IMG/VR virus record: IMGVR_UViG_3300027917_000021
Coordinates: 64,001-128,000 of that record
Direction: 5' to 3' (one strand)
Origin: a virus
Length of the DNA stretch: 64,000 nt
Part shown: positions 1 through 9,081 of the stretch, in pieces
Layout: the number at the start of each line of letters is the position of its first letter
Position numbering within the stretch: position 1 is the first letter of the stretch
Made by a program: the position numbers and the translations under genes
The notes under the pieces: generated by a model
Told to the model about the DNA's origin: nothing
The model's database searches: none
The model's input: only the letters and a program-made list of their open reading frames with translations

Positions 1-36
1 AATAAAAGATTTTATTTTGAAGAAAAACAATTTATA

Positions 37-267
37 ATGGAGAGAATAAAAGAAGCTGATTATAAATGTTCTTTAACAAACGAAGGCGGTCAAATGTCTG
101 TACATCATTTAGATTCAGTTCATTTATTTCCAAAAAAGAAATTTGACAAAAATAATACGATTGTTATAAAAAAAGATATACATTTAGATTTTCATAGGAA
201 ATATGGATTTCAGTGGGCTACAAAAAAGAAGTGGGAACAATATTTAAGAGAAAATAATTATGTATAA
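37..267 (+). CDS. HNH endonuclease, probably the C-terminal part of a gene starting upstream of the window
   Basis: HHLDS...N.IVI...H..FH..YG pattern typical of phage HNH proteins. Confidence 0.55.
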   Translation: MERIKEADYKCSLTNEGGQMSVHHLDSVHLFPKKKFDKNNTIVIKKDIHLDFHRKYGFQWATKKKWEQYLRENNYV

Positions 268-688
268 ACAAAGTAAAGCAGAAAGTAAAAAACAACAAAG
301 ATTCATGGGCATGGTTCATGCTGTGCAAAAAGGAGAATTATCTCCTAAAGAAGTTGGACCAGCAGTTCGTAAAGCTGCCCGTGAAATGAAATATAAAGAT
401 GCGAAAGACTTCGCAGAAACAAGCCACAAAGGATTACCAGAAAAAAAAGGGTCAGTACAAATGAAGTATTTTGAGAAAACAGCTTTCAAACCTATGGAGG
501 CATTAAAAAACATATTTAGTAAAGGACCTGGTACAGCTATGGTAAAAGCAGCCCCAACAGCAGTTATGACACAAGCCCCAAAAGCCCAACAAAAAGTAAA
601 ACGCTTGTTTGATGCAAGGGCTCTTGCCTCTGCAGGCATAGGCGGTGCTGCAGCAGGCTATGGTTTAGGATCAATTGGTAGCGAATAA
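260..688 (+). CDS. Hypothetical protein: small basic N-domain fused to an internal MKYFEKTA leader and a Gly-rich tail
   Basis: In-frame ATG at 461 encodes MKYFEKTA; C-terminus ALASAGIGGAAAGYGLG. Confidence 0.7.
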   Translation: MYKQSKAESKKQQRFMGMVHAVQKGELSPKEVGPAVRKAAREMKYKDAKDFAETSHKGLPEKKGSVQMKYFEKTAFKPMEALKNIFSKGPGTAMVKAAPTAVMTQAPKAQQKVKRLFDARALASAGIGGAAAGYGLGSIGSE

Positions 689-820
689 TAAAATATTTTA
701 TAAAAAACACATCCTAAAAGATTTGTTAAAGGAATCTTGGGACTAGGCACTGGTTTAGCCATCGCAGGATATGGGCTCAGTGGAGGAAGTATTAAAAATA
801 AAAATAAGGAAAAATTATAA
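688..820 (+). pseudogene. Decayed MKYFEK-leader gene
   Basis: ATA AAA TAT TTT ATA AAA (IKYFIK) overlaps the previous stop like intact TAATG junctions; after a +1 shift it reads THPKRFVKGILGLGTGLAIAGYGLSGGSIKNKNKEKL* to 820. Confidence 0.5.
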
Positions 821-822
821 AA

Positions 823-1239
823 ATGAAATATTTTGAGAAATTAGCCAAAGAAGACCCGGGATATTTTGGAAAACAAATGGCTGCAACACGAGCATCGAGA
901 ATTCATGATTCTGCGGCCGGGACATTAGTTGCAGATCCGAAATTGATTAAGAAAAGATTTGAAAAAGCAATTACATATGGTGTTCCAGCAGCTATAGGAG
1001 GTGCCGGAGTAGGAGCTTTAGTAGGAAAAATGAAGGGATATACAGGTTTCGGAGCAGCAGCTGGTGCTATATTAGCAGGTTATGGCGGTGAAGTAGCCGG
1101 CATACTGAAAGCAGACAAAGAATATTTAGCTAAAAAAGGAATTGAATTATCAGCATTTGGAAACGTCAAGAAAATGACTCCAGAGGCAAAAAAGAAATAT
1201 TTACACGAGAAATACCGCGGCGGCGGTTATAAAGGATAG
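823..1239 (+). CDS. MKYFEK-leader protein with Gly-zipper hydrophobic segments
   Basis: MKYFEKLA start; AAIGGAGVGALVG and GFGAAAGAILAG. Confidence 0.8.
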   Translation: MKYFEKLAKEDPGYFGKQMAATRASRIHDSAAGTLVADPKLIKKRFEKAITYGVPAAIGGAGVGALVGKMKGYTGFGAAAGAILAGYGGEVAGILKADKEYLAKKGIELSAFGNVKKMTPEAKKKYLHEKYRGGGYKG

Positions 1240-1249
1240 GAAAATAAAA

Positions 1250-1660
1250 ATGAAGTATTTTGAAAAAATAGCTATATCAAAAGAAGAAGAACAAACTTAC
1301 AAAAGAGCCCCATATAGGCTAGTGCCTTATGTAGGGCCATATTTAGGGACTCCAAAAGGTATGAGAAAAGAACATCCTTGGGTTTCGGCTCTATGGGGAC
1401 CCCCGGGGTCATTTGGTGCAAAATCAAAAGATACTGGAAAATCTTATTTAGAAGAAGCAGTTAAAACTGAAGCAGCAGTTCAAACTGGTATTGGTGCCGT
1501 AGCAGGCACTGTAGCAGGCGCTATGGCAGGAGCTAGAGGAAAACAATTAGCCAAAGTTATTGCTGCAGCTACAGGAATTGGTGCGGCCAGTGGGGCGGCC
1601 GGCGGTGCAATTGCTTACGGCGGTGGAAAATTATTTGCTGGGCAAAAGAAAAAAAAATAA
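1250..1660 (+). CDS. MKYFEK-leader protein with Gly-zipper hydrophobic segments
   Basis: MKYFEKIA start; GIGAVAGTVAGAMAG and GIGAASGAAGGAIAYG. Confidence 0.8.
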   Translation: MKYFEKIAISKEEEQTYKRAPYRLVPYVGPYLGTPKGMRKEHPWVSALWGPPGSFGAKSKDTGKSYLEEAVKTEAAVQTGIGAVAGTVAGAMAGARGKQLAKVIAAATGIGAASGAAGGAIAYGGGKLFAGQKKKK

Positions 1661-1698
1661 TGAAATATAATGAAATATAATGAAATATAATGAAATAT
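1660..1698 (+). repeat. 10-bp tandem repeat ATGAAATATA, almost 4 copies
   Basis: ATG at 1660, 1670, 1680 and 1690; only the last opens the ORF. Confidence 0.9.
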
Positions 1699-2394
1699 TT
1701 TGAAAAAAATGCTGCATCTGGTTCCATAGGTCTTTGGCCAGTTCCTAAAAATCTTGCAGGGGCGGCAATAGGAGCTACTATTTTTGGCCTTTCTGGATAT
1801 TCAGATGCAGATAAGGATAATAAATGGACATCTACAGCCAGTTCTGCATTATTAGGAGGAGTATTAGGCGCCGGAGCACAAGGTGCAGCAAGAGCAATGA
1901 AAAAATCTTTTAAGACGTCATTAAAAATGACAAAAAACATGTCAAAAAAAGACAATCCATTGGGCCAATATTTGTCAGAAGGCGTTGATCCTGCTGTAGA
2001 AAAAAGCAAGCGAGTGATGGACAAATTAAAACGTCAGGAAGACAAAATTAGGTCTCATAAAGCTAGCAAAAGTGGTTTTATGTATGAAGATGCAGTAAAA
2101 TATGTTAGGGAAAAGAAGGCTGCTACATTTAGAGTTTCTGAAAAAGATTTAACAAACAAAGAACTTCAACATGAGTTGAGAAGACCATATTTTGAAGGAT
2201 CTTTGCAGAATATGGCTTTTGGTGGAACATTTGGTGCAACCGCTTCTTTGCTTAATAAAGGAAAATCATACGGAAAAAATCTTCTAACTGGTGTTGCGGC
2301 TGGACTCATAGCAACTCCTATAGTTAATGCGTTAGATAAAAAAGACATATTAAAAGAAGTAGATCGCAGAAAGAAACACAAAGGTTATAGATAG
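1690..2394 (+). CDS. MKYFEK-leader protein with several Gly-zipper segments
   Basis: MKYFEKNA start; LAGAAIGATIFG, LLGGVLGAGA, FGGTFGA, LTGVAAGLIA. Confidence 0.8.
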   Translation: MKYFEKNAASGSIGLWPVPKNLAGAAIGATIFGLSGYSDADKDNKWTSTASSALLGGVLGAGAQGAARAMKKSFKTSLKMTKNMSKKDNPLGQYLSEGVDPAVEKSKRVMDKLKRQEDKIRSHKASKSGFMYEDAVKYVREKKAATFRVSEKDLTNKELQHELRRPYFEGSLQNMAFGGTFGATASLLNKGKSYGKNLLTGVAAGLIATPIVNALDKKDILKEVDRRKKHKGYR

Positions 2395-2666
2395 TGAAAT
2401 ACTTTGAAAAAATATCAGAGTATAAAGAGTGGGATGATAGACACGCATTCACAGAAAATATACCGGGAGGTGCTGCTATCGGAGCTTTCGTTGGTCCAAT
2501 AGCTGCTAAATTACAAGCACAATTAATAAATCGTAAATTAAAAGCTATAGAAGAAATTAAACCATTTAAACCCGCCTTAATTAGAGCGAGCATTATTGGT
2601 GGTTTATTAGGGTCCATTGTTGGAGCTGGTAAATATGTCTATGAAAAAGAATACTACACAAAATAA
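2394..2666 (+). CDS. MKYFEK-leader membrane-like small protein (GTG start)
   Basis: MKYFEKIS; GGAAIGAFVG and IIGGLLGSIVG. Confidence 0.75.
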   Translation: MKYFEKISEYKEWDDRHAFTENIPGGAAIGAFVGPIAAKLQAQLINRKLKAIEEIKPFKPALIRASIIGGLLGSIVGAGKYVYEKEYYTK

Positions 2667-3075
2667 ACCTAAATATTACCACTATGGTTATCGTTATATT
2701 AAACCACAGGATGAGCCTGAAGACTGGGATTATGCCATTCAGATGCATAAAAATCAAAATGGCACCCACTTTGATTTTAGATTAGCGAAGCCAGGACATG
2801 ATTATGCTTATTCCTGGGCATCACGCAAGCCACCTCTTAATATTACATCTCCTATTTTAACCCGCCGAACACATGATCATACTATAGAGCATATGGATTT
2901 TGAAGGTCCTCTTGAAACAGCAAGAGGCACGGGCACTGTGCAATTGCTTAAAAGGGGCAAAACTAAATTGCATTCTATAGATGATAAAGGTATTAAGTTT
3001 AAACTTGATACTGGTGAATTTTTACTTTTAACAAATGTTAAAGGTAAAAAATATATTCTAACAACTCCAACCTAA
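2617..3075 (+). CDS. Stand-alone LigD-type 3'-phosphoesterase (PE) domain; true start probably ATG 2635 or 2641
   Basis: YAIQMH...HFDFRL...SWA...THDHTIEHMDFEG...GTGTV matches the LigD PE motifs (QxH, HxDxRL, SWA, DH, FxG). Confidence 0.75.
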   Translation: MLELVNMSMKKNTTQNKPKYYHYGYRYIKPQDEPEDWDYAIQMHKNQNGTHFDFRLAKPGHDYAYSWASRKPPLNITSPILTRRTHDHTIEHMDFEGPLETARGTGTVQLLKRGKTKLHSIDDKGIKFKLDTGEFLLLTNVKGKKYILTTPT

Positions 3076-3103
3076 AAAAGAAAGGCCACATATGTGACCT
3101 TTC
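3075..3103. terminator. Probable bidirectional intrinsic terminator between convergent genes
   Basis: agaaagg-cac-atat-gtg-cctttct hairpin with an A-run on the left. Confidence 0.5.
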
Positions 3104-3114
3104 TCTAGACAATC

Positions 3115-3642
3115 CTACTTCTCGGTATCGTCTTTTGGCTCGAGTTTTTCAAGCTTCGATTTGGCGGCCTTAAGCTCTTTTTCAAGCTTGGTTTTTTCCG
3201 CCGAGGCAGTTTTCAATTCACCGGATGTCTTTTTCAGTTCTTCATCTCTCTGCTCAAGAGTATTTTGGAAAGCACGGTTTTTTTCGATTTCCTGCTCGTA
3301 CTTTACCTGTATTTCCTTCTTGTCATTTTCGGAAATTTCCAGCAATTTAACGGACTCTGTGAAATCATCTTCCAATTTGGCATGTTTTTCACTTACATCC
3401 TGATAAAGAGCTTTATAATCCTTGTCATCTTTCGACTTGGATTTTTTCCAAAAAGCCAGCTTGGAAACCTTTCCAAGAACTGATTTTCCGGTAGACTTCA
3501 TACCGTTTGAAAACTTCTCAGCAGCCTGTTTCGGAACAGCCTTGACATCACTAATTGTGACGTTGGCAGTCTTTCGTCCAACGAAAGCACCACCAATAGC
3601 TGTTGCAATGCTTGAGCCAACAATGACTAATACGCGGTTCAT
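3115..3642 (-). CDS. Membrane-anchored coiled-coil protein
   Basis: N-terminal hydrophobic stretch, charged heptad C-half, GGAGGT RBS. Confidence 0.7.
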   Translation of the reverse strand: MNRVLVIVGSSIATAIGGAFVGRKTANVTISDVKAVPKQAAEKFSNGMKSTGKSVLGKVSKLAFWKKSKSKDDKDYKALYQDVSEKHAKLEDDFTESVKLLEISENDKKEIQVKYEQEIEKNRAFQNTLEQRDEELKKTSGELKTASAEKTKLEKELKAAKSKLEKLEPKDDTEK

Positions 3643-3709
3643 AATTACCTCCTAAAAGTTAGATTGTTTAATTCATTTCTCTTATTCCATATTTGTGCTA
3701 TAATTCTAC

Positions 3710-3738
3710 TTGACAAAGAACCCTAACATAAGTATATT
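3710..3738 (+). promoter_or_regulatory. sigma70-type promoter TTGACA-N17-TATATT, near-leaderless
   Basis: TTGACA 3710-3715, TATATT 3733-3738, ATG at 3747. Confidence 0.75.
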
Positions 3739-3746
3739 AAAATATT

Positions 3747-4682
3747 ATGAAATGGCCACATAAAAAATTTATACAAGCACTGCTTTGTGAAAGATATGGT
3801 CCGGATCAGGTATTGGAAGAATTAAATAAGTATAATCTTCCTTTTCCAGTACAGGAACTTCAGGATATTTATATGGAGATAAAACCAAAGCAGGAAGCTT
3901 ATTTTAATCATAGAAGAAAAGAAATAGATCGTGATTTCCTTGATAATGAAGGTCTGCATAGAATGTGGGCTTACTACTTCAAGAAACCTACGGATTTAGA
4001 TACAAATCCTATAAAAGGTGCATTTTCTTTATTAGAAAATACGCAACTCCGTATTTTATTATTTGCTATGGCATTAGCAGGAGTATCTCCTGAAGATGCC
4101 GAATTAATAGTAAATGCTAAATTTGATATTAATGCATCTTCAGAAGATATTGATTCTTTTTTATTTTACTTTTTTAATTTAGAAAACTTTAATTATAGTG
4201 AAAAAACTGCATTAGAAGATATATTTGCAAAAGACGTTTCTACTAAACGAGCTTTTAAACTTGCTTTAACAGGCGATAAAAATTATATGCTTTGGAAATT
4301 AGGTGCAGCCCCAGACAAAAGTTTTGATCAAATGCTTCGTGATATGCTAGCTGATTCTTATTATATATTTAAAGAAAAAGCAAAATTGGACCCGGATACC
4401 GCAACTAAATTTGGTAGTTTGGCAGTAAAATTAGCTGATAGACTAGAGCGTGTAATGATCAATGAACAAAAAGCAGACGATTTATTTTCAGAGATAAAAT
4501 TTGATATAGAAAAAAATAATGAAGTGGTGAAAGTTCCGACAGCTGACGAAATTGGAGCAGAGGTTGGTGGAAAATTCGACGATTATGAAATAAAAAGCAA
4601 ATTACCAGATTTTAAACATATGGAACAATTAAATCCGGCCATGCCCGGTAAACCAAAGGATTTGGAAGATTTAGATGACTAA
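3747..4682 (+). CDS. Hypothetical protein; possible terminase small subunit by position only
   Basis: 311-aa ORF with its own promoter, two genes upstream of the terminase large subunit. Confidence 0.6.
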   Translation: MKWPHKKFIQALLCERYGPDQVLEELNKYNLPFPVQELQDIYMEIKPKQEAYFNHRRKEIDRDFLDNEGLHRMWAYYFKKPTDLDTNPIKGAFSLLENTQLRILLFAMALAGVSPEDAELIVNAKFDINASSEDIDSFLFYFFNLENFNYSEKTALEDIFAKDVSTKRAFKLALTGDKNYMLWKLGAAPDKSFDQMLRDMLADSYYIFKEKAKLDPDTATKFGSLAVKLADRLERVMINEQKADDLFSEIKFDIEKNNEVVKVPTADEIGAEVGGKFDDYEIKSKLPDFKHMEQLNPAMPGKPKDLEDLDD

Positions 4683-4878
4683 AATAAGATTAATTAATTC
4701 CAATGCTGTTCGAGAAGCAAAACCAGTGCCTGCTTTAGCAAACATACAAAATATGGTATCAAGAAAATTGGCTGAATTAAATATTTATACTACTAATTTA
4801 TCAATCACGATGACTGCAGGAAAATATCCTGATGTAAATATAGAAGGTGTTTTAAATACAGATTTATGGCCAAAATAG
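4675..4878 (+). CDS. Hypothetical protein
   Basis: Overlaps both neighbouring genes. Confidence 0.55.
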   Translation: MTKIRLINSNAVREAKPVPALANIQNMVSRKLAELNIYTTNLSITMTAGKYPDVNIEGVLNTDLWPK

Positions 4879-6419
4879 TTAAAATAGCCCCTAGCCAGTT
4901 TACAGAGCGATTTCTCTATCTAAATGGTAAACCGTTTTCATTTTCGAATTATGAATTCATGAAACCGATTTATGATTTAGATGCATCAGAAATTGTAATG
5001 AAATTTTCTCGTCAAACATCAAAGTCTACTACCATGGCGAATATTATGATGTCTAAAGCGGCCATGACACCGCATTTTAGACAATTGTATGTATCACCTT
5101 CAGTAGACCAAACAAAAATATTTTCTGGTGATCGTGTAGCACCGGTAATTGAATCAAGCCCTATTGTTAAAAAGCATTATGTGAATTCGAATGTATCACA
5201 GAATGTGTTTACAAAACGATTCCTTAACGGAAGTGTGCTATATCTCAGATATGCACAACAATCAGCTGACCGCCTCCGTGGTTTGTCAACCGATATAAAT
5301 TACTACGACGAAGCACAGGATTTGAATATGGAGATCATTCCTGTTGTTAATCAGTCTATGTCCAGGTCTTTATATAAAAAGACAGTTTATTCCGGAACTC
5401 CAAAAAGAACAAAAGGTACGTTAGCTGAACTTTGGTACCGCTCCACAATGTATGAATGGTTCTCTAAATGTGAGCATTGTGGTAAGTGGAATTACTTAGA
5501 TCAGAAAAACATCGGGTTGCATGGTGTCATATGCCGATACTGTGGGGAGCATCTTGACACTTCTAAAGGTCAATGGGTTAGTACTGGAGACAGAGATTCT
5601 AGAACCAAGGGTTTTAGGGTTAACCTATTGATGTTTGAGGCAGCACCCTGGGTTGATTGGCAAACTGACGTTATAGAGTACCGTAAGACTTGTCCAAGTG
5701 ATGCTATTTTTTATAATGAAGTTTTAGGTCTAGAATATGACGACGGTGTACAGCCAATCACCCTTGCTGATTTAAGAAGGTGTGCAACTGGCGGTCCGAT
5801 GCTGGAAGATCCAACCCAATTAGACTTATCAAGAGTACATACAACAATGGGGTTAGATTATGGGCCGGTAAACAGTAATAAATCTAAAACAGTTGCCTGT
5901 GTTATACAAAGAGATTCCGATAAAATAAAAGTTAAATATTTAAAAAGATATAAAGGCCATGAGGCTGATTATTCTTTTATTCATGGTGATATTCCACAGA
6001 TTTTTGCCAAATGGCATGCGGTGGTTATAGGGGCTGATGCTGGATTAGGAGATGGCCCTAATTCTGAAATACGGGCGCGTATTGGTATGCCTGAGCGATT
6101 GATTGCATTTAGGCATTCAGGATCACAAAGAGCAAAAGCAAAGTGGAATCCAAGTAGCAGTGAGTATACGCTTAATCGCAATATGGTCATGACAGACCTG
6201 TTCCGCAAGATTAAAAACAGACAAGTAGAGTTCCCTCGTTGGGAAGACTTTGAGCCTTTTGCCGACGATTTTATGAATATTGTAATCGAATATGATGATC
6301 GTTTAGGTACATATAAATATGTAAATACTGGCCCAGACGATGCACTACATTCAATTTTGTTTGGTGAGTTGGCACTTCAATTATTAACCGCGCGTGACGC
6401 AATGTTGATGGACTATTAA
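4866..6419 (+). CDS. terL: Terminase large subunit (GpA-like ATPase plus RNase H-like nuclease)
   Basis: KFSRQTSKST (Walker A variant), YYDEAQD (Walker B), SGTP coupling motif, CEHC/CRYC zinc ribbon, MGLDYG and PDDALHS nuclease motifs. Confidence 0.9.
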   Translation: MAKIVKIAPSQFTERFLYLNGKPFSFSNYEFMKPIYDLDASEIVMKFSRQTSKSTTMANIMMSKAAMTPHFRQLYVSPSVDQTKIFSGDRVAPVIESSPIVKKHYVNSNVSQNVFTKRFLNGSVLYLRYAQQSADRLRGLSTDINYYDEAQDLNMEIIPVVNQSMSRSLYKKTVYSGTPKRTKGTLAELWYRSTMYEWFSKCEHCGKWNYLDQKNIGLHGVICRYCGEHLDTSKGQWVSTGDRDSRTKGFRVNLLMFEAAPWVDWQTDVIEYRKTCPSDAIFYNEVLGLEYDDGVQPITLADLRRCATGGPMLEDPTQLDLSRVHTTMGLDYGPVNSNKSKTVACVIQRDSDKIKVKYLKRYKGHEADYSFIHGDIPQIFAKWHAVVIGADAGLGDGPNSEIRARIGMPERLIAFRHSGSQRAKAKWNPSSSEYTLNRNMVMTDLFRKIKNRQVEFPRWEDFEPFADDFMNIVIEYDDRLGTYKYVNTGPDDALHSILFGELALQLLTARDAMLMDY

Positions 6420-6420
6420 T

Positions 6421-6834
6421 ATGAAATACTTTGAAAAATTGTCAGGTTTTGGTGATTTTACTAGAAAAATGTTTAGTTATCATGACCTAGATAAAATGTC
6501 GGAAGAAACAAAAATACCTAAAAAATATTTAGAATATCAGTATCATAATACCCGTGTTCCAAATTCTTTTTTGTATTCATATGACAATGCTAAAAAAGAT
6601 ATGACAAAACTTTATAATTTAAGAAAAACATATGAAACTACCAGAGCACCACTACTTAAACTTAAAGAAGGATCAAAAGAAGACAAAGCCTTTTTAAAAA
6701 AGAATAAAAAAACTTTAGATAGTCAATTATTGGCCTGGGCAACGTACGGTAAGGGATTGCAAGAAAAATATCATAAGATAAAAAATCAACCGTCAGGTAC
6801 AATAGATTACAAAAAAAATTTAAAGAATAAATGA
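6421..6834 (+). CDS. MKYFEK-leader basic protein
   Basis: MKYFEKLS start. Confidence 0.75.
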   Translation: MKYFEKLSGFGDFTRKMFSYHDLDKMSEETKIPKKYLEYQYHNTRVPNSFLYSYDNAKKDMTKLYNLRKTYETTRAPLLKLKEGSKEDKAFLKKNKKTLDSQLLAWATYGKGLQEKYHKIKNQPSGTIDYKKNLKNK

Positions 6835-7241
6835 AATATTTTAAAAAGTTAGCTGCCGGGCCACCTGTTATTTTTAAAGTCCACCCAAAGAATCCAGAGG
6901 TAAAAGGAGCTTATATAATGCCTCGAAGAGAATGGGAAGTTTATCGTATTACACAAGATGAGGCTTTAGCAAATAAAGTTAGGAAAAAGGGGGCAATTCT
7001 TATAAATCCGGCAATAAAAGATCCAGAGCATATAAAGAAAATTAAACGTCATGAGTTGGTCCATTATTTACGACATAAAAACCGTCAGTGGTCGTCTATG
7101 AATTATGGTGCACTTCCCGGGGCACGTTTTGTTGAAGAAACGGCAGCATACGGGAAAGTACATGGAAGCAAAATAAAAGGCATGTTACATGCTATGAAAT
7201 CATCAAAACCTATAAGAGCAGTAGGAAAATTATTACATTGA
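6831..7241 (+). CDS. MKYFKK-leader HExxH (zincin-like) protein, paralog of 8593..9081
   Basis: MKYFKKLAAGP; KRHELVHYLR, WSS, VEETAAYG. Confidence 0.7.
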   Translation: MKYFKKLAAGPPVIFKVHPKNPEVKGAYIMPRREWEVYRITQDEALANKVRKKGAILINPAIKDPEHIKKIKRHELVHYLRHKNRQWSSMNYGALPGARFVEETAAYGKVHGSKIKGMLHAMKSSKPIRAVGKLLH

Positions 7242-8593
7242 GATACTTCGAAAAAAATGCCGATATTGTAAGAGAGTATAAAGATAGTCCAAAAGGATTG
7301 TTATATATTGCTCCAACTGGCTCTGGCAAAACTAAAAAAATATTAGAAGCTACTAGAAATGATCAGGCTGTTGCCATTACTCCAGCGTCAATAACAAAAA
7401 ATCTAGATAAAGAAGAACGTAAATTTTTTAATACACGTTCTTCAAGAAAATCTTTTACGTATGCTAAATTATCTCGTGGTGTTGATCTTCCGGAAAGAAA
7501 ACATTTGATATTGGACGAATCTCACAATATAAAAAATCCTAAGACAAAAACTTTTCAGAATATAGCATTACAAAGATGGAAGTTTGACAAAGCACTTTTA
7601 GCAACAGCAACGCCGATGTATAATGAACCATACGATATTGTATCCCAGGTGAATCTTGTTGCCAATCAAAAAGTTCTTCCAATGAATAAAAAAGATTTTT
7701 ACAAAAAATTTTATACGGAAGTTCAAAACGATCCTGGGCTAGTTGGACGTTTATTAGGAATTAAAGGTGCTAAAGAAAGAGTTTTAAAAGATCCAAAGCA
7801 TGTTCGCTCATTATTAGATAAGCATACTTATGTAGTCAGTGGTAATAAAGTAGAAAAACTTTTACCAAAGAAAGATGAAGAAATTGTTAAAGTTCCGATG
7901 TCAAAGAATCAGCAGGAACTTTATAAATACGTAAGTAAAAAATTGCCTTTTTATTTAAAATACAAAATACAAAGGAATCTTCCTCCAACTAAAACAGAAC
8001 AGAAAGACTTAAATAGATATTTGATGGGAGTAAGACAGGTTTCTAATACAACTCGTGGGTATAGTAGTACTCCTGAAAGTCCCAAATTTGAAAAAATGGT
8101 AGCTGACGCAAGAACAGAATTAAAGGCTGGAGGAAAAGTATTAATGTATTCAAACTTTAGAGAATCTGGAGTTGATGCATTATCAAAACGTTTAGAAAAC
8201 TTAAAAATTCCACATGGCAAGATCGTTGGAAGTATGACCAAAAAACAAAGGGCAGAAGAAGTATCAAAATATACAAGCAACAAAAATAAAGTATTACTAT
8301 ACAGTGGGGCCGGATCAGAAGGATTAAATTTACCAAAAACAACTTTGGTACAAATAGCAGAACCTTTTTGGAACAAATCAAGAATAGAACAAGCAGAAGC
8401 AAGAGGAATACGTAGAGGTGATGATCCCAAAAGAACTGTAAAAGTTAAAAAATACTTGTCAGTATTTCCGGAAGAGAAAAATATATTTGGTAAGAAGAAA
8501 CAAAAACGTGCTGTGGATGAGTATCTGGTAGAAATGTCAAATAGAAAAAACAAAGAAATAAAACAACTGCTTGAGGCAATAAAGGACGAGTAA
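7238..8593 (+). CDS. SNF2-like SF2 helicase/translocase with MRYFEKNA leader (TTG start)
   Basis: APTGSGKT, ILDESH, ATATP, EGLNL, QAEARGIR. Confidence 0.85.
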   Translation: MRYFEKNADIVREYKDSPKGLLYIAPTGSGKTKKILEATRNDQAVAITPASITKNLDKEERKFFNTRSSRKSFTYAKLSRGVDLPERKHLILDESHNIKNPKTKTFQNIALQRWKFDKALLATATPMYNEPYDIVSQVNLVANQKVLPMNKKDFYKKFYTEVQNDPGLVGRLLGIKGAKERVLKDPKHVRSLLDKHTYVVSGNKVEKLLPKKDEEIVKVPMSKNQQELYKYVSKKLPFYLKYKIQRNLPPTKTEQKDLNRYLMGVRQVSNTTRGYSSTPESPKFEKMVADARTELKAGGKVLMYSNFRESGVDALSKRLENLKIPHGKIVGSMTKKQRAEEVSKYTSNKNKVLLYSGAGSEGLNLPKTTLVQIAEPFWNKSRIEQAEARGIRRGDDPKRTVKVKKYLSVFPEEKNIFGKKKQKRAVDEYLVEMSNRKNKEIKQLLEAIKDE

Positions 8594-9081
8594 TGAAATA
8601 TTTTGAAAAACAGGCAGCAGGGCCACACGTAGTGTATGATACTATACCAAAAGAATTTGGGAATCTAAGAGGTGGATATTTATCAGACAAGTATATTAAG
8701 TATGTCCCAAAAAAATGGCAGGAAAGTACAAAAAAGAAAAAAGGACTTGTCATGATAAGTAAACCTATTCATGATCAGTTAATAAACAAATATGAATCAG
8801 ATCTTATAATACAAGGACTGCCAAAGCCAGTCATTGAAAAAGAAACGAAAAGATACGGAAATAAAATTATACAAAATACAAAAAGACATGAATTAGTGCA
8901 TCATTTACGTGCACAAAAAGGCAAATGGTCTAGTATAGAGACTGGCAAAAACCCAATTAAAAGAATAGTAGAAGAAACTGCGGCACATGGGAGAGTGGCA
9001 GGAAATAAATGGAAAGGGTTTAAAGAAGCCACAGAACTACATGCTCCAAAAATATACAAAATTATAAAAAAATTAATATGA
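8593..9081 (+). CDS. MKYFEK-leader HExxH protein, paralog of 6831..7241
   Basis: MKYFEKQAAGP; KRHELVHHLR, WSS, VEETAAHG. Confidence 0.7.
   Translation: MKYFEKQAAGPHVVYDTIPKEFGNLRGGYLSDKYIKYVPKKWQESTKKKKGLVMISKPIHDQLINKYESDLIIQGLPKPVIEKETKRYGNKIIQNTKRHELVHHLRAQKGKWSSIETGKNPIKRIVEETAAHGRVAGNKWKGFKEATELHAPKIYKIIKKLI

Noticed and set aside
2617-2666. Programmed frameshift fusing the 2394 leader protein to the PE domain
   Set aside because: It would need a +1 shift, no convincing slippery site is present, and the PE ORF has its own ATGs.
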